DNA of 64,000 nt, from NCBI GenBank assembly GCA_963821395.1, contig CAWGDY010000027.1, forward strand, positions 9,407 through 73,406, read 5' to 3'. A model generated the notes under the pieces. That model was not told the DNA's origin. It was given only the letters and a program-made list of their open reading frames with translations, and searched no databases. Position numbers and translations under genes: made by a program. The DNA comes from Vicinamibacterales bacterium. Its GTDB lineage: Bacteria > Acidobacteriota > Vicinamibacteria > Vicinamibacterales > JAMQPK01. Every line of letters begins with the position of its first letter. Positions within the stretch are counted from its first letter, which is position 1. This document shows, piece by piece, positions 58,201 through 64,000 of the stretch.

Positions 58201-60878
58201 CGGCGCTGACTGCCACGCAGGCGCTGAAGCATTACGTGATGAGGCTCGCGAATGGCGCCGGCGTTCCAGTTGAACTGCCGTTAATCGCCAGCGATGCGAA
58301 TGGCGATGCGCTGACGTACGTCGCAAATGGACTGCCTCCCGGGCTGACGATCAACGCGTCGACCGGGCTCATCTCCGGGTCACTTGCCCAGGCCGGCGCC
58401 GGTGTGTATCAGGTTCTGGCGGCGGTGTCAGACGGGTTTCTCTCGCACAGTCAATCGTTCCAGTGGACGGTCACGCGTACCAACAGAGTCCCGGAGTTGA
58501 CGACGCCCGTTGCGCAAATGCACGCCGAGAACATGCCGGTCGGGTTGCAGTTGGCCGCCACCGATGCGGATGGCGATCCGCTCACCTTCAGCGCTGTCGG
58601 GTTGCCGCCGTCGCTGACGATCGATCCCGCGACCGGCCTCATCTCCGGTGTCCTCTCTTTCAGCAGCGCCGGCAGCTATCAAGTAACCGCAGGCGTGTCC
58701 GATGGCGTCGATGCGACCGCTGTCACCTTCACGTGGGCGGTCACGAATACCAACCGGGCGCCGGTCTTGACCAATCCTGGTGCGCAGACCCACTACGCCC
58801 GGGGCGAATACGCGATGGCTGTGCTGCGCGATCATCCCGCGGCATATTGGCGGCTCGGAGAGTCGGGCGGATCGATCGCCGAAGACAGTGTTGGCCCGCA
58901 TCCGGGCGCGCTGACGGGCAACGTTGCCGCGGCGCAACAAGGCGCACTGGCCGACGGTGACCGCGCCATGCTGTTTGACGGGACGAGCGGCGCCATCCAG
59001 GTGCCGGGCACGCCGGCCTTTGCGCTGAGCGGCGATCTGACGCTCGAACTGTGGGTCAACGTTTCGAATGGCGGGCGCCAGACGTTCGTCTCGAAGGATT
59101 ATCTCCGCGAGTTCGAGCTGACGCTGGAGGCCAACGGCGAGCTGAATCTCTACCAGGGCAACGGCGTCGTGAGCGGGAACGTGCGGTCGGTCAGCGGCGC
59201 GGTCGCGCGGAACGTCTGGCAGCATGTGGTCGTGACGCGATCGGGGAACACGATTGCGTTCTATGTGAACGGAGTGGCCCGGGGGACGGGCATGGCGACC
59301 GTGGTGGCGACAACGGGGAGCGCACCGATTTCGATTGGGCGGGCGAAGAGCGGGGGCCGCTACACGAACGGCTGGCTCGACGAGGTGGCGATCTACCCGG
59401 CCGCGCTCAGCCCGGCTCAGGTCGCCACGCACTACCTGCTCGCCCCGGACGCATCGGTCGCGACGCGCGTTGGACTTCAGTTGACGGCATTCGATCCCGA
59501 CGGAGACGTCCTCACCTTCAACGCGACCGGACTGCCTGCCGGCGTCGTTATTGATGCGGCCACAGGTCTGATCTCCGGGGCGCCCGTTCCGACGGGCGCG
59601 GGTATCTGTCAGGTGACGGTGACCGTGACCGACGGCGCGGGGTCCGACAGTGAATCGTTTACATGGACCATCGAGAGAGTGAACCAGCCTCCAGCGCTGA
59701 GTCCACCGAATCAGGTGAGCGCGGAAGGCTCGAGCATCTCGTTGCTCTTGTCTGCGAGCGATCCTGATGGTGACTGGCTGACCTACGCCGCGACGGGCCT
59801 GCCGCCTTCGGTGGTCCTCGATCCCGCGACCGGGCTCATCTCGGGCACGCTGTCGTTTGCGAGTGCGGGTGAATATGTCGTGTCGGCCACGGTGTCGGAC
59901 GGCCGGCTGTCCACGAGCAGCACGTTCACCTGGTTGGTCACGAATACGAACCGGGCCCCGCTCGTGACCAATCCTGGTGCGCAGAGCTATGACGGACGCA
60001 GCGACTATGCCATGGCGGTGCTGCAAGATCATCCCGCGGCGTACTGGCGGCTCGGAGAGTCGGCCGGGTCGATCGCCGAGGACAGCGCCGGCCCGCATCC
60101 GGGCGTGCTGACGGGCAATGTCATCGTGGGGCAATCAGGCGCGCTGGCCGATGGTGACCGCGCCATGCTTTTCGATGGGGTGAGCGGCGCCATCCAGGTT
60201 CCTGGCGCACCGTCGCTCTCGCTGAGCGGCGATCTGACGCTCGAACTGTGGGTCAACCTGTCGCATGGCGGGCGGCAGACGCTGATCTCGAAAGATTATC
60301 TCCGCGAGTTCGAGCTGACACTGGAGTCCAACGGTGAGCTGAATTTCTACCAGGGCAACGGCGTCGTGAGCGGCAACGTCCGTTCGGTCGCCGGTGCGGT
60401 GATGCGCAACGTCTGGCAGCATGTGGTCGTGACGCGATCGGCGGCCACGAACACGATTGCGTTCTACGTGAACGGCGTGGCCAAAGGGACGGGCACGACC
60501 TCAATCGCGGCGACGCCGGGGAGCGCGCCGATTTCGATCGGCCGGGCAAAGAGCGGCGGCCGTTACACGAGCGGCCTGCTGGACGAAGTGGCGATCTACT
60601 CAGCCGTTCTTACCCCGGCTCAGGTGGCAGCGCATTACGTGATGAGCACGGCCGGACTCGACCAGGTTACTCTTCAGCTCTCGGCCACCGACCCTGACGG
60701 CGATGTTCTGTCGTACACGGCGGTGGATCTACCGCCAGGACTCACGCTGCATCCGCAGACCGGGCTGATCACCGGGACGGTGGCGGCAGATTCCGCGGGC
60801 ACCTATCAGGTGACCGTAACCGCTGGCGACCAGACGGCATCGTCCAACCAGACTTTTACCTGGACGGTGCTGGACTAG
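55272..60878 (+). CDS. giant secreted multidomain protein: cadherin-like beta-sandwich, transglutaminase-like core, chitobiase-C-like domain, then 3 x (LamG + He_PIG-type putative Ig domains)
   Basis: From the intact ORF 55008..60878. The start is taken at MIQAF (55272); MAMLLAAILMAPVSLQAQ at 55350 is an alternative. The LamG unit occurs three times (HP.AYWRL.E..GS...D..G...G...G...FDG..G...VP....L.L.GDLT.ELWVN.S...RQT..SKD.LREFELTLE.NG.LN.YQGNG). He_PIG-like units occur five times (DADGD.LT[FY]...GLPP.L..D..TGLISG). Confidence 0.9.
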   Translation: MIQAFRSRAIAARAERSARGCRIARAMAMLLAAILMAPVSLQAQTITVSLASAPTGTTNDTNPEIRVVAPDKVWYKYSFNGGPYSPELPIATPIRLTGGVELGGSPFTAGSRALIEFLRLRSTDTGFTDFINRITFDHVASQVQVTYTVNKKRTAVAPENVLNLQGAGVADLGVTLQEKTPVGPRFELSALAIGGGKLVQRSSSANLRQFTLALPSNALEVALTPQVNNSQTAIVVNGQPSPSGQTVVLPAPGEGQSVNIQTVGPDSLVTTYAIEIRYDAALQPTEYRAYYLRAFVPASSYVSIQNLGTDLVDYNLSFNQKFGVTAQDLVREIQEMAPEYPGEAMSRKVWRFVRDNRYHADPLTGANWNHSPGLFFNSIGFGYCDDSASVFRHLMTAMGYLSRVWGLNGHVVAEVLVDNRWEMWDPDLQVYYLNHAGLVAGVEELAANPDLILNPVERLPGATSAAYDPYYANYYATPADNAVIAWYDSLPVLGDSSMVFEIPPGSTFEFPDVYDSSLSSVYGTRVPTYANARLVVPEAFAGTVTMPLVIQSIGWSNTPTLRVMTKDGQGNWDAAPTVASWIVDAEPPFTMAIQPSGVYTPGEPITLKASEPAAIYYTTDGSTPSESSSTYTTPIVMPSGGMVKFFGVDQIGNRELERLYGAVPVQQVQLQLASLTATTATFTASASGGTGSYEYLFELKDPAGNSSIAQFYGPSDAWSWNKSSAAPGAYAVRVCVRNRGTMSGCERSATVGMVIIQEAAPILINPGDQVDTVDQHSYVETVLVDHPVAYWRLDEEAGSVVVDRAGDNAGQRFGAVSRVEPGALADATAANAFDGVTGYVRVPNKPALQLAGDLTIELWVNVSLATRQTLVSKDFLREFELTLETNGKLNLYQGNGVLIGNVWSAQGSVSPNIWQHVVVTRSAATREIRFFVNGQAKGAATYTIDPVPGTNAIVIGRSAAGGQYVNGRLDEVALYPTALTATQALKHYVMRLANGAGVPVELPLIASDANGDALTYVANGLPPGLTINASTGLISGSLAQAGAGVYQVLAAVSDGFLSHSQSFQWTVTRTNRVPELTTPVAQMHAENMPVGLQLAATDADGDPLTFSAVGLPPSLTIDPATGLISGVLSFSSAGSYQVTAGVSDGVDATAVTFTWAVTNTNRAPVLTNPGAQTHYARGEYAMAVLRDHPAAYWRLGESGGSIAEDSVGPHPGALTGNVAAAQQGALADGDRAMLFDGTSGAIQVPGTPAFALSGDLTLELWVNVSNGGRQTFVSKDYLREFELTLEANGELNLYQGNGVVSGNVRSVSGAVARNVWQHVVVTRSGNTIAFYVNGVARGTGMATVVATTGSAPISIGRAKSGGRYTNGWLDEVAIYPAALSPAQVATHYLLAPDASVATRVGLQLTAFDPDGDVLTFNATGLPAGVVIDAATGLISGAPVPTGAGICQVTVTVTDGAGSDSESFTWTIERVNQPPALSPPNQVSAEGSSISLLLSASDPDGDWLTYAATGLPPSVVLDPATGLISGTLSFASAGEYVVSATVSDGRLSTSSTFTWLVTNTNRAPLVTNPGAQSYDGRSDYAMAVLQDHPAAYWRLGESAGSIAEDSAGPHPGVLTGNVIVGQSGALADGDRAMLFDGVSGAIQVPGAPSLSLSGDLTLELWVNLSHGGRQTLISKDYLREFELTLESNGELNFYQGNGVVSGNVRSVAGAVMRNVWQHVVVTRSAATNTIAFYVNGVAKGTGTTSIAATPGSAPISIGRAKSGGRYTSGLLDEVAIYSAVLTPAQVAAHYVMSTAGLDQVTLQLSATDPDGDVLSYTAVDLPPGLTLHPQTGLITGTVAADSAGTYQVTVTAGDQTASSNQTFTWTVLD
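56380..56560 (+). other. transglutaminase-like Cys-His-Asp core within the giant protein
   Basis: The Cys is in FGYCDDSASVF (codon 56421-56423). The His is in NGHVVAEV (56499-56501). The Asp is in EMWDPD (56544-56546). Order and spacing match transglutaminase-like cysteine peptidases. Confidence 0.7.
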
Positions 60879-60948
60879 GGACTGGGGACTGGGGACTGGG
60901 GACTGGGGATTAGGGATTGGGGATTAGGGATTAGGGATTAGGGATTTT
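60878..60948 (+). repeat. tandem heptad array (GGGGACT x4, then GGGATT[AG] x6) filling the whole convergent intergenic gap
   Basis: Ten G-runs of 3-4 nt are separated by 3-4 nt. The array begins in the stop codon of the giant gene and ends 5 nt before the stop of the 60953..61243 gene. Confidence 0.9.
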
Positions 60949-60952
60949 AGGT

Positions 60953-61243
60953 TTATCCGAGGCGCGATAGCCACTCGGTGACATCGAAATACAGTCCGCG
61001 CGTCGTGCCGTCACTCAGCACGACCTGATACACGTCATAGGTCTTGTTGTCGCGCTGCTGGAGTTCCTGCCGGTTCAGCGTCCAGTCCGTGCCCCGTTTG
61101 CCGAACCATTTCTGCAAGAGCATCAGCTCCGCGCCGGCCGCGCTGAGCCCGCGTGGGGTCTTCTTGATGACGATGGCGGTGGCGGGGGAGTCGCCGGGAC
61201 CGCCGGTGACGACGAGCGTGCCTTCGTTGATGGAAAGATCCAT
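60953..61243 (-). CDS. small hypothetical protein (96 aa)
   Basis: MDLSINEGTLVVTGGPGDSPATAIVIKKTPRGLSAAGAELMLLQKWFGKRGTDWTLNRQELQQRDNKTYDVYQVVLSDGTTRGLYFDVTEWLSRLG. The composition is balanced and coding-like. No SD and no recognised family. Confidence 0.55.
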   Translation of the reverse strand: MDLSINEGTLVVTGGPGDSPATAIVIKKTPRGLSAAGAELMLLQKWFGKRGTDWTLNRQELQQRDNKTYDVYQVVLSDGTTRGLYFDVTEWLSRLG

Positions 61244-61250
61244 GGGGGCG

Positions 61251-61311
61251 AATCTGAAATCTAGAAACTAAAATCTAGAAACTAGAATCTGAAACTGGTT
61301 CCAGATTCTAG
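61251..61311. repeat. AT-rich word-repeat region with a 9-bp inverted repeat, immediately upstream of the 96-aa gene
   Basis: AATCTGAAA TCTAGAAAC TAAAATCTAGAAAC TAGAATCTGAAAC. The inverted repeat is TAGAATCTG (61283-61291) / CAGATTCTA (61302-61310). There are two TCTAGA palindromes. Confidence 0.7.
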
Positions 61312-61426
61312 CTGTAGACGTCGGTTCGGCGCGGGATCGCCTGTCATCTGATAGAATTTCCTGTTTGCGGCTGACGATCGGGTAGCTCAGTGGTAATCGT
61401 TGGCGAATGATAGGATCTAACGGAGT

Positions 61427-61501
61427 GACCTGGTAGCTCAGTGGTAGAGCATCGCACTTTTAATGCGAGGGTCGCGGGTTCGAGCCCCGCCCGGGTCACC
61501 A
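61427..61501 (+). tRNA. tRNA-Lys: tRNA-Lys (anticodon UUU), CCA encoded
   Basis: A manual cloverleaf fits. Acceptor: GACCTGG/CCGGGTC (one G-U pair). D arm: GCTC-AGTGGTA-GAGC. Anticodon arm: TCGCA-CTTTTAA-TGCGA. Variable loop: GGGTC. T arm: GCGGG-TTCGAGC-CCCGC. Discriminator A, then CCA. Confidence 0.9.
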
Positions 61502-61818
61502 TTTCTTGACGATGCTCCGGCCCACGCTGCGTTATCGCAAGCTGAATCCGGCCTCCTTGAGCGACTGACGGCGACACACCTGAGTCGTTCGGCGCGACCC
61601 GGTTCGCCGCCTGCGAGCTCAGTCGCAAGGCGGTCGTCCGTTGCAATCAGCTTGACCCGCTCGATGAGATCAGGTTCTCGTGTCGCCACGGCCAGCCGAA
61701 CCGCCCCGTGTGTGGCGATTCCTTGATAGCCACGCAAGCGCGCCCTTGCAATGCCGATGATCCTCTGCCTGCCTGCGGTTTCCGGAGCCGATAACAAAGG
61801 CGAGGTGTCTAATCAGTC

Positions 61819-62883
61819 ATGCTCAGAACGGTCGGTCTTATCCGAGGGTTCCTGGTCTTCATCCTCCTCGCCGTTCAGCCCACCAGCGCATTCGAACAGG
61901 GTGTCCAAAGTGGCAGTGACCGACCAGGCGCCATTACCGTCCCCCTCGGATCAGAAGACGCGATCACCTTCAGGGGTTCTCAAGGTATCACCACGGACAT
62001 TGATCTCCATGTGCGCGGCGCGGACTTCACCGTGCCATTTCAATGCGCGGGTGGACTGAGGAACGTTCATGTTGAAACTGCCCAATTGCACGGTGAGCAG
62101 GAGGAGTGGGCGGAAGGTACGTTCGCTCTGTTGTTTGACGTGGGGAACGAGCAAGACAGGCGATTCGGTAAACTCCCCCACGTTCAGCTGAGCTTTTATC
62201 GGCGACGGCTGGTCGATATGCTCGTAACGACGCAGACGAGTGAGCGTTCGGCATTTTCGTCAAAGCTGTGTTCGACTCTGCCAGTTGGCCCCGTCACTTG
62301 TAAAGACACGCGGCAATTGCAGGGTCTCCCACCAAAAGACCTCGTGGAACAGTTGCGAGATCTCCCAGCACCGATGCCTGCCTCGGCCAACGCACAACTG
62401 CTTGCCCCCGAGATCAGGAGGAGGAACATCTACGAGGAGCTACTGGACTGGGGCGCCGCGAGTATTCCAGCACTTGTGATCGGCTTGAACGATCCCGATG
62501 TTCGTCTACGAAGAAACGCCGCGATTGCGCTGATGGCTCTCAGCGGCGGCTGGTGGCTGTTCGAGTGTGGGCCCGCCAAAGTGGATATTACGCCAGCGCT
62601 GCCGGCACTGGTGATGGCATTCAGGGACTCTGATTTTTATGTGCGGGCATGGGCGGCGCAGGCGGCCGGCGGGCTGGGCCCGGGCGCGGCGAGTGCTGTT
62701 CCAGCCTTGATTGAGCTTCTTACGGATGACGTCGAAGCCCGTGGTAGTGCCTGCCTGGCGCTCGGCAAAATCGGTGCGGCGGCGGAGGCGGCGCTGCCGG
62801 CGCTGCGTGCCGCGCTCGCCGACCCGAACGAAAGCGTCCGTCGGTTCGCCGCGCGCGCGATTCTGCAAATTGAGGAAAAGTAA
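61819..62883 (+). CDS. secreted HEAT-repeat protein
   Basis: 354 aa with a signal peptide (MLRTVGLIRGFLVFILLAVQPTSAFE). The C-terminal HEAT/PBS-lyase-type repeats include DPDVRLRRNAAIALMAL, DSDFYVRAWAAQAAGGLG, DVEARGSACLALGKIG and DPNESVRRFAARAILQI. Confidence 0.8.
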   Translation: MLRTVGLIRGFLVFILLAVQPTSAFEQGVQSGSDRPGAITVPLGSEDAITFRGSQGITTDIDLHVRGADFTVPFQCAGGLRNVHVETAQLHGEQEEWAEGTFALLFDVGNEQDRRFGKLPHVQLSFYRRRLVDMLVTTQTSERSAFSSKLCSTLPVGPVTCKDTRQLQGLPPKDLVEQLRDLPAPMPASANAQLLAPEIRRRNIYEELLDWGAASIPALVIGLNDPDVRLRRNAAIALMALSGGWWLFECGPAKVDITPALPALVMAFRDSDFYVRAWAAQAAGGLGPGAASAVPALIELLTDDVEARGSACLALGKIGAAAEAALPALRAALADPNESVRRFAARAILQIEEK

Positions 62884-62917
62884 GTCGCTAATTGGGTAGC
62901 GACATGCGAGGCATGAC

Positions 62918-63478
62918 ATGCTGACTGTAGCTACGCTCTTGGTGGCGTTGACGCTGGCTCGCCAGGCAGACACGACTCATGTTCTCGGCCACGCCGAACG
63001 AGATCTGACCGGCGACGGCAAGCCGGAGATCCTTCGCGTTGTTGGCGTCGGGCCGTCGATTGAAGACCTCAGAGTGACCTTCACGATCGAATCCGCGGGT
63101 AAGACGATCTACACGCACGAGATGCGGCGCATGACGCGCACGGGTCCCGACGCGGGTCGACGTGTCATGTCACCGACGCAATATCGCGCGTGGATCAAGG
63201 AGTATGGGCAGGCGTTCTTCCTCGACAAGAAGTTCATGCGGCCACTGGAATACGTCGAATACCTTCGTGTTCACGCACGCCTACACATCGACGACATTCC
63301 GAAGGTCATTGACGCTGATCGGCTGCCATCCGACCAGGTCCCCGGAACTGTCATTTGGGATGAAATTCAGCAGGCGCGGGTCACGATCTTCAGGTTCTCA
63401 CCGGGCGGAGACATTATCGAGGCGATCGGATGGAACGCTCGGGCAGGCCGCTTCTACAGACTCTTATCGTGCTGTTAA
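62918..63478 (+). CDS. hypothetical protein with an N-terminal signal/anchor
   Basis: 186 aa, starting MLTVATLLVALTLARQADT. Composition is coding-like. No recognised family. Confidence 0.55.
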   Translation: MLTVATLLVALTLARQADTTHVLGHAERDLTGDGKPEILRVVGVGPSIEDLRVTFTIESAGKTIYTHEMRRMTRTGPDAGRRVMSPTQYRAWIKEYGQAFFLDKKFMRPLEYVEYLRVHARLHIDDIPKVIDADRLPSDQVPGTVIWDEIQQARVTIFRFSPGGDIIEAIGWNARAGRFYRLLSCC

Positions 63479-63550
63479 ACCTGACACACTATCTGACCCA
63501 CTAGTGCGTGGTCGCCGGCAGACAGAACCGACAGCCGCGTTCGGCGCGGT

Positions 63551-63750
63551 AGTTGGGTTGGCGCCGCTGCGGCGCGAAGCCGTGCGCAGGCGGCCGACGG
63601 CTGACGCCTGACCGTGCGAGAAGCCTGCGGGCCTCGAGCGAGGATGAAGTGCGAAGTCAGTGTCCTCGCGTCGAGCGGTCGCGGGCGGCCTCGCAGCACG
63701 CGTCCGGCCCCGGAGCTTCGGATTCGCGCGGCAGCGACGCCAACCCAACT
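63551..63750. repeat. ~200-nt imperfect palindromic intergenic element, copy B
   Basis: The arms are AGTTGGGTTGGCGCCGCTGC ... GCAGCGACGCCAACCCAACT. The interior is colinear with copy A (32882-33105) at roughly 80% identity by eye. Confidence 0.8.
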
Positions 63751-63772
63751 CCATCCGGTCCGAACGTACCCG

Positions 63773-63790
63773 GTCCGGCTAAAGCCGGAC
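63773..63790. repeat. REP-like tetraloop hairpin
   Basis: GTCCGGC-TAAA-GCCGGAC, located just downstream of the partial receiver gene's stop. Confidence 0.6.
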
Positions 63791-63801
63791 ACTATGTACT
63801 G

Positions 63802-64000
63802 CTACGCTTGGGTTGGAAGCTTCGCGCTGTTGATCATCTCGTTCAGCGCTTCCACGAGCATGGTCAGCGAGTAGGGTTTCTGCACGAGGCGCGTCCGCGG
63901 GCGCAGACGCTCGAGCTCGGCAGATTCGGACGGAACGCCGGAAAAAATGATGACCGGTGTGCCGGCCGGCATCGAGATCACCACGTCGCGCCCCGACCCG
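63802..64000 (-). CDS. C-terminal part of a response-regulator receiver domain (partial; continues beyond the window)
   Basis: The frame is open to the window edge. It reads ...DVVISMPAGTPVIIFSGVPSESAELERLRPRTRLVQKPYSLTMLVEALNEMI, which matches the beta4-alpha4-beta5 (..PVI..S......KP....L) part of REC domains. Confidence 0.5.
   Translation of the reverse strand, partial: GSGRDVVISMPAGTPVIIFSGVPSESAELERLRPRTRLVQKPYSLTMLVEALNEMINSAKLPTQA

Noticed and set aside
60905-60948. TTAGGG-containing repeats considered as telomere-like sequence
   Set aside because: The period is 7 (ATTAGGG or GGGGACT), not 6. The array is about 70 nt long and internal, between two ordinary genes. Nothing else suggests a linear replicon end.
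61371-61426. Possible second tRNA upstream of tRNA-Lys
   Set aside because: Only the D-arm-like 15-mer is present. No complementary D-stem partner, anticodon arm or T arm (GTTCGA-type) can be drawn.
61502-61797. Minus-strand ORF 61438-61797 (…RLAVATREPDLIERVKLIATDDRLATEL…) considered as a PIN/VapC-like toxin remnant next to the tRNA
   Set aside because: The resemblance is limited to a short ..L.T.D.RLA-like stretch. The N-terminal acidic residues are absent, the ORF runs into the tRNA sequence, and GC3 is only moderate. The evidence is too weak to call.

Overview
GC-rich bacterial chromosomal window. It looks most like an Acidobacteriota-type genome, judged from two ADOP-type duplicated MacB/FtsX permeases, a C-terminal remnant of an acidobacterial-style VWA protein, and very large LamG/Ig-repeat surface proteins. 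I can support about 45 protein-coding genes, two to three pseudogenes or remnants, and one tRNA-Lys(UUU). I found no rRNA, CRISPR array, transposase or integrase.

Three giant secreted multidomain proteins take up about 37% of the window: 2068-13968 (-), 3966 aa; 26809-32811 (+), 2000 aa; 55272-60878 (+), about 1868 aa. All three carry LamG domains plus long arrays of near-identical Ig-like or He_PIG-like repeats. Two of them carry triplicated modules I cannot assign to any family.

The middle of the window holds a tyrosine/homogentisate catabolic cluster. Lrp, an unknown gene, fahA and a TPP decarboxylase run on the minus strand, joined by GTGA/ATGA start-stop overlaps. hppD, hmgA and a heme-oxygenase-like diiron-type protein run on the plus strand.

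Other content: SPFH protein, PilZ, NHL propeller, PhoX-like propeller, SAM methyltransferase, EamA transporter, GNAT, DUF1326, alpha/beta hydrolase, TAT-signal TIM-barrel isomerase, ACS-family ligase, a membrane/envelope cluster (GT-C-like protein, two PepSY-TM proteins, LtaS/sulfatase-like protein), a tandem Nif3-like pair, a HEAT-repeat protein and a partial receiver domain.

Best novelty candidates:
1. A triplicated small acidic protein family (P1/P2/P3) with no family I can name. Each copy is preceded by a 37-nt box invariant at 32 of 37 positions, and each sits next to a giant surface protein, a propeller protein or an ADOP permease.
2. The unassigned triplicated ~220-aa and ~175-aa modules in the giant proteins.
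3. A 293-aa unknown protein translationally coupled between lrp and fahA, where a maleylacetoacetate isomerase would be expected.
4. A TAT-signal plus signal-less Nif3-like pair.
5. Unusual intergenic DNA: a ~200-nt palindromic repeat present twice with a compensatory arm substitution, a G-quadruplex-capable heptad array, 9-mer arrays, and REP-like tetraloop hairpins.

CDS coordinates are anchored to the ORF track. Coordinates of non-coding features were read by eye and may be off by 1-2 nt.
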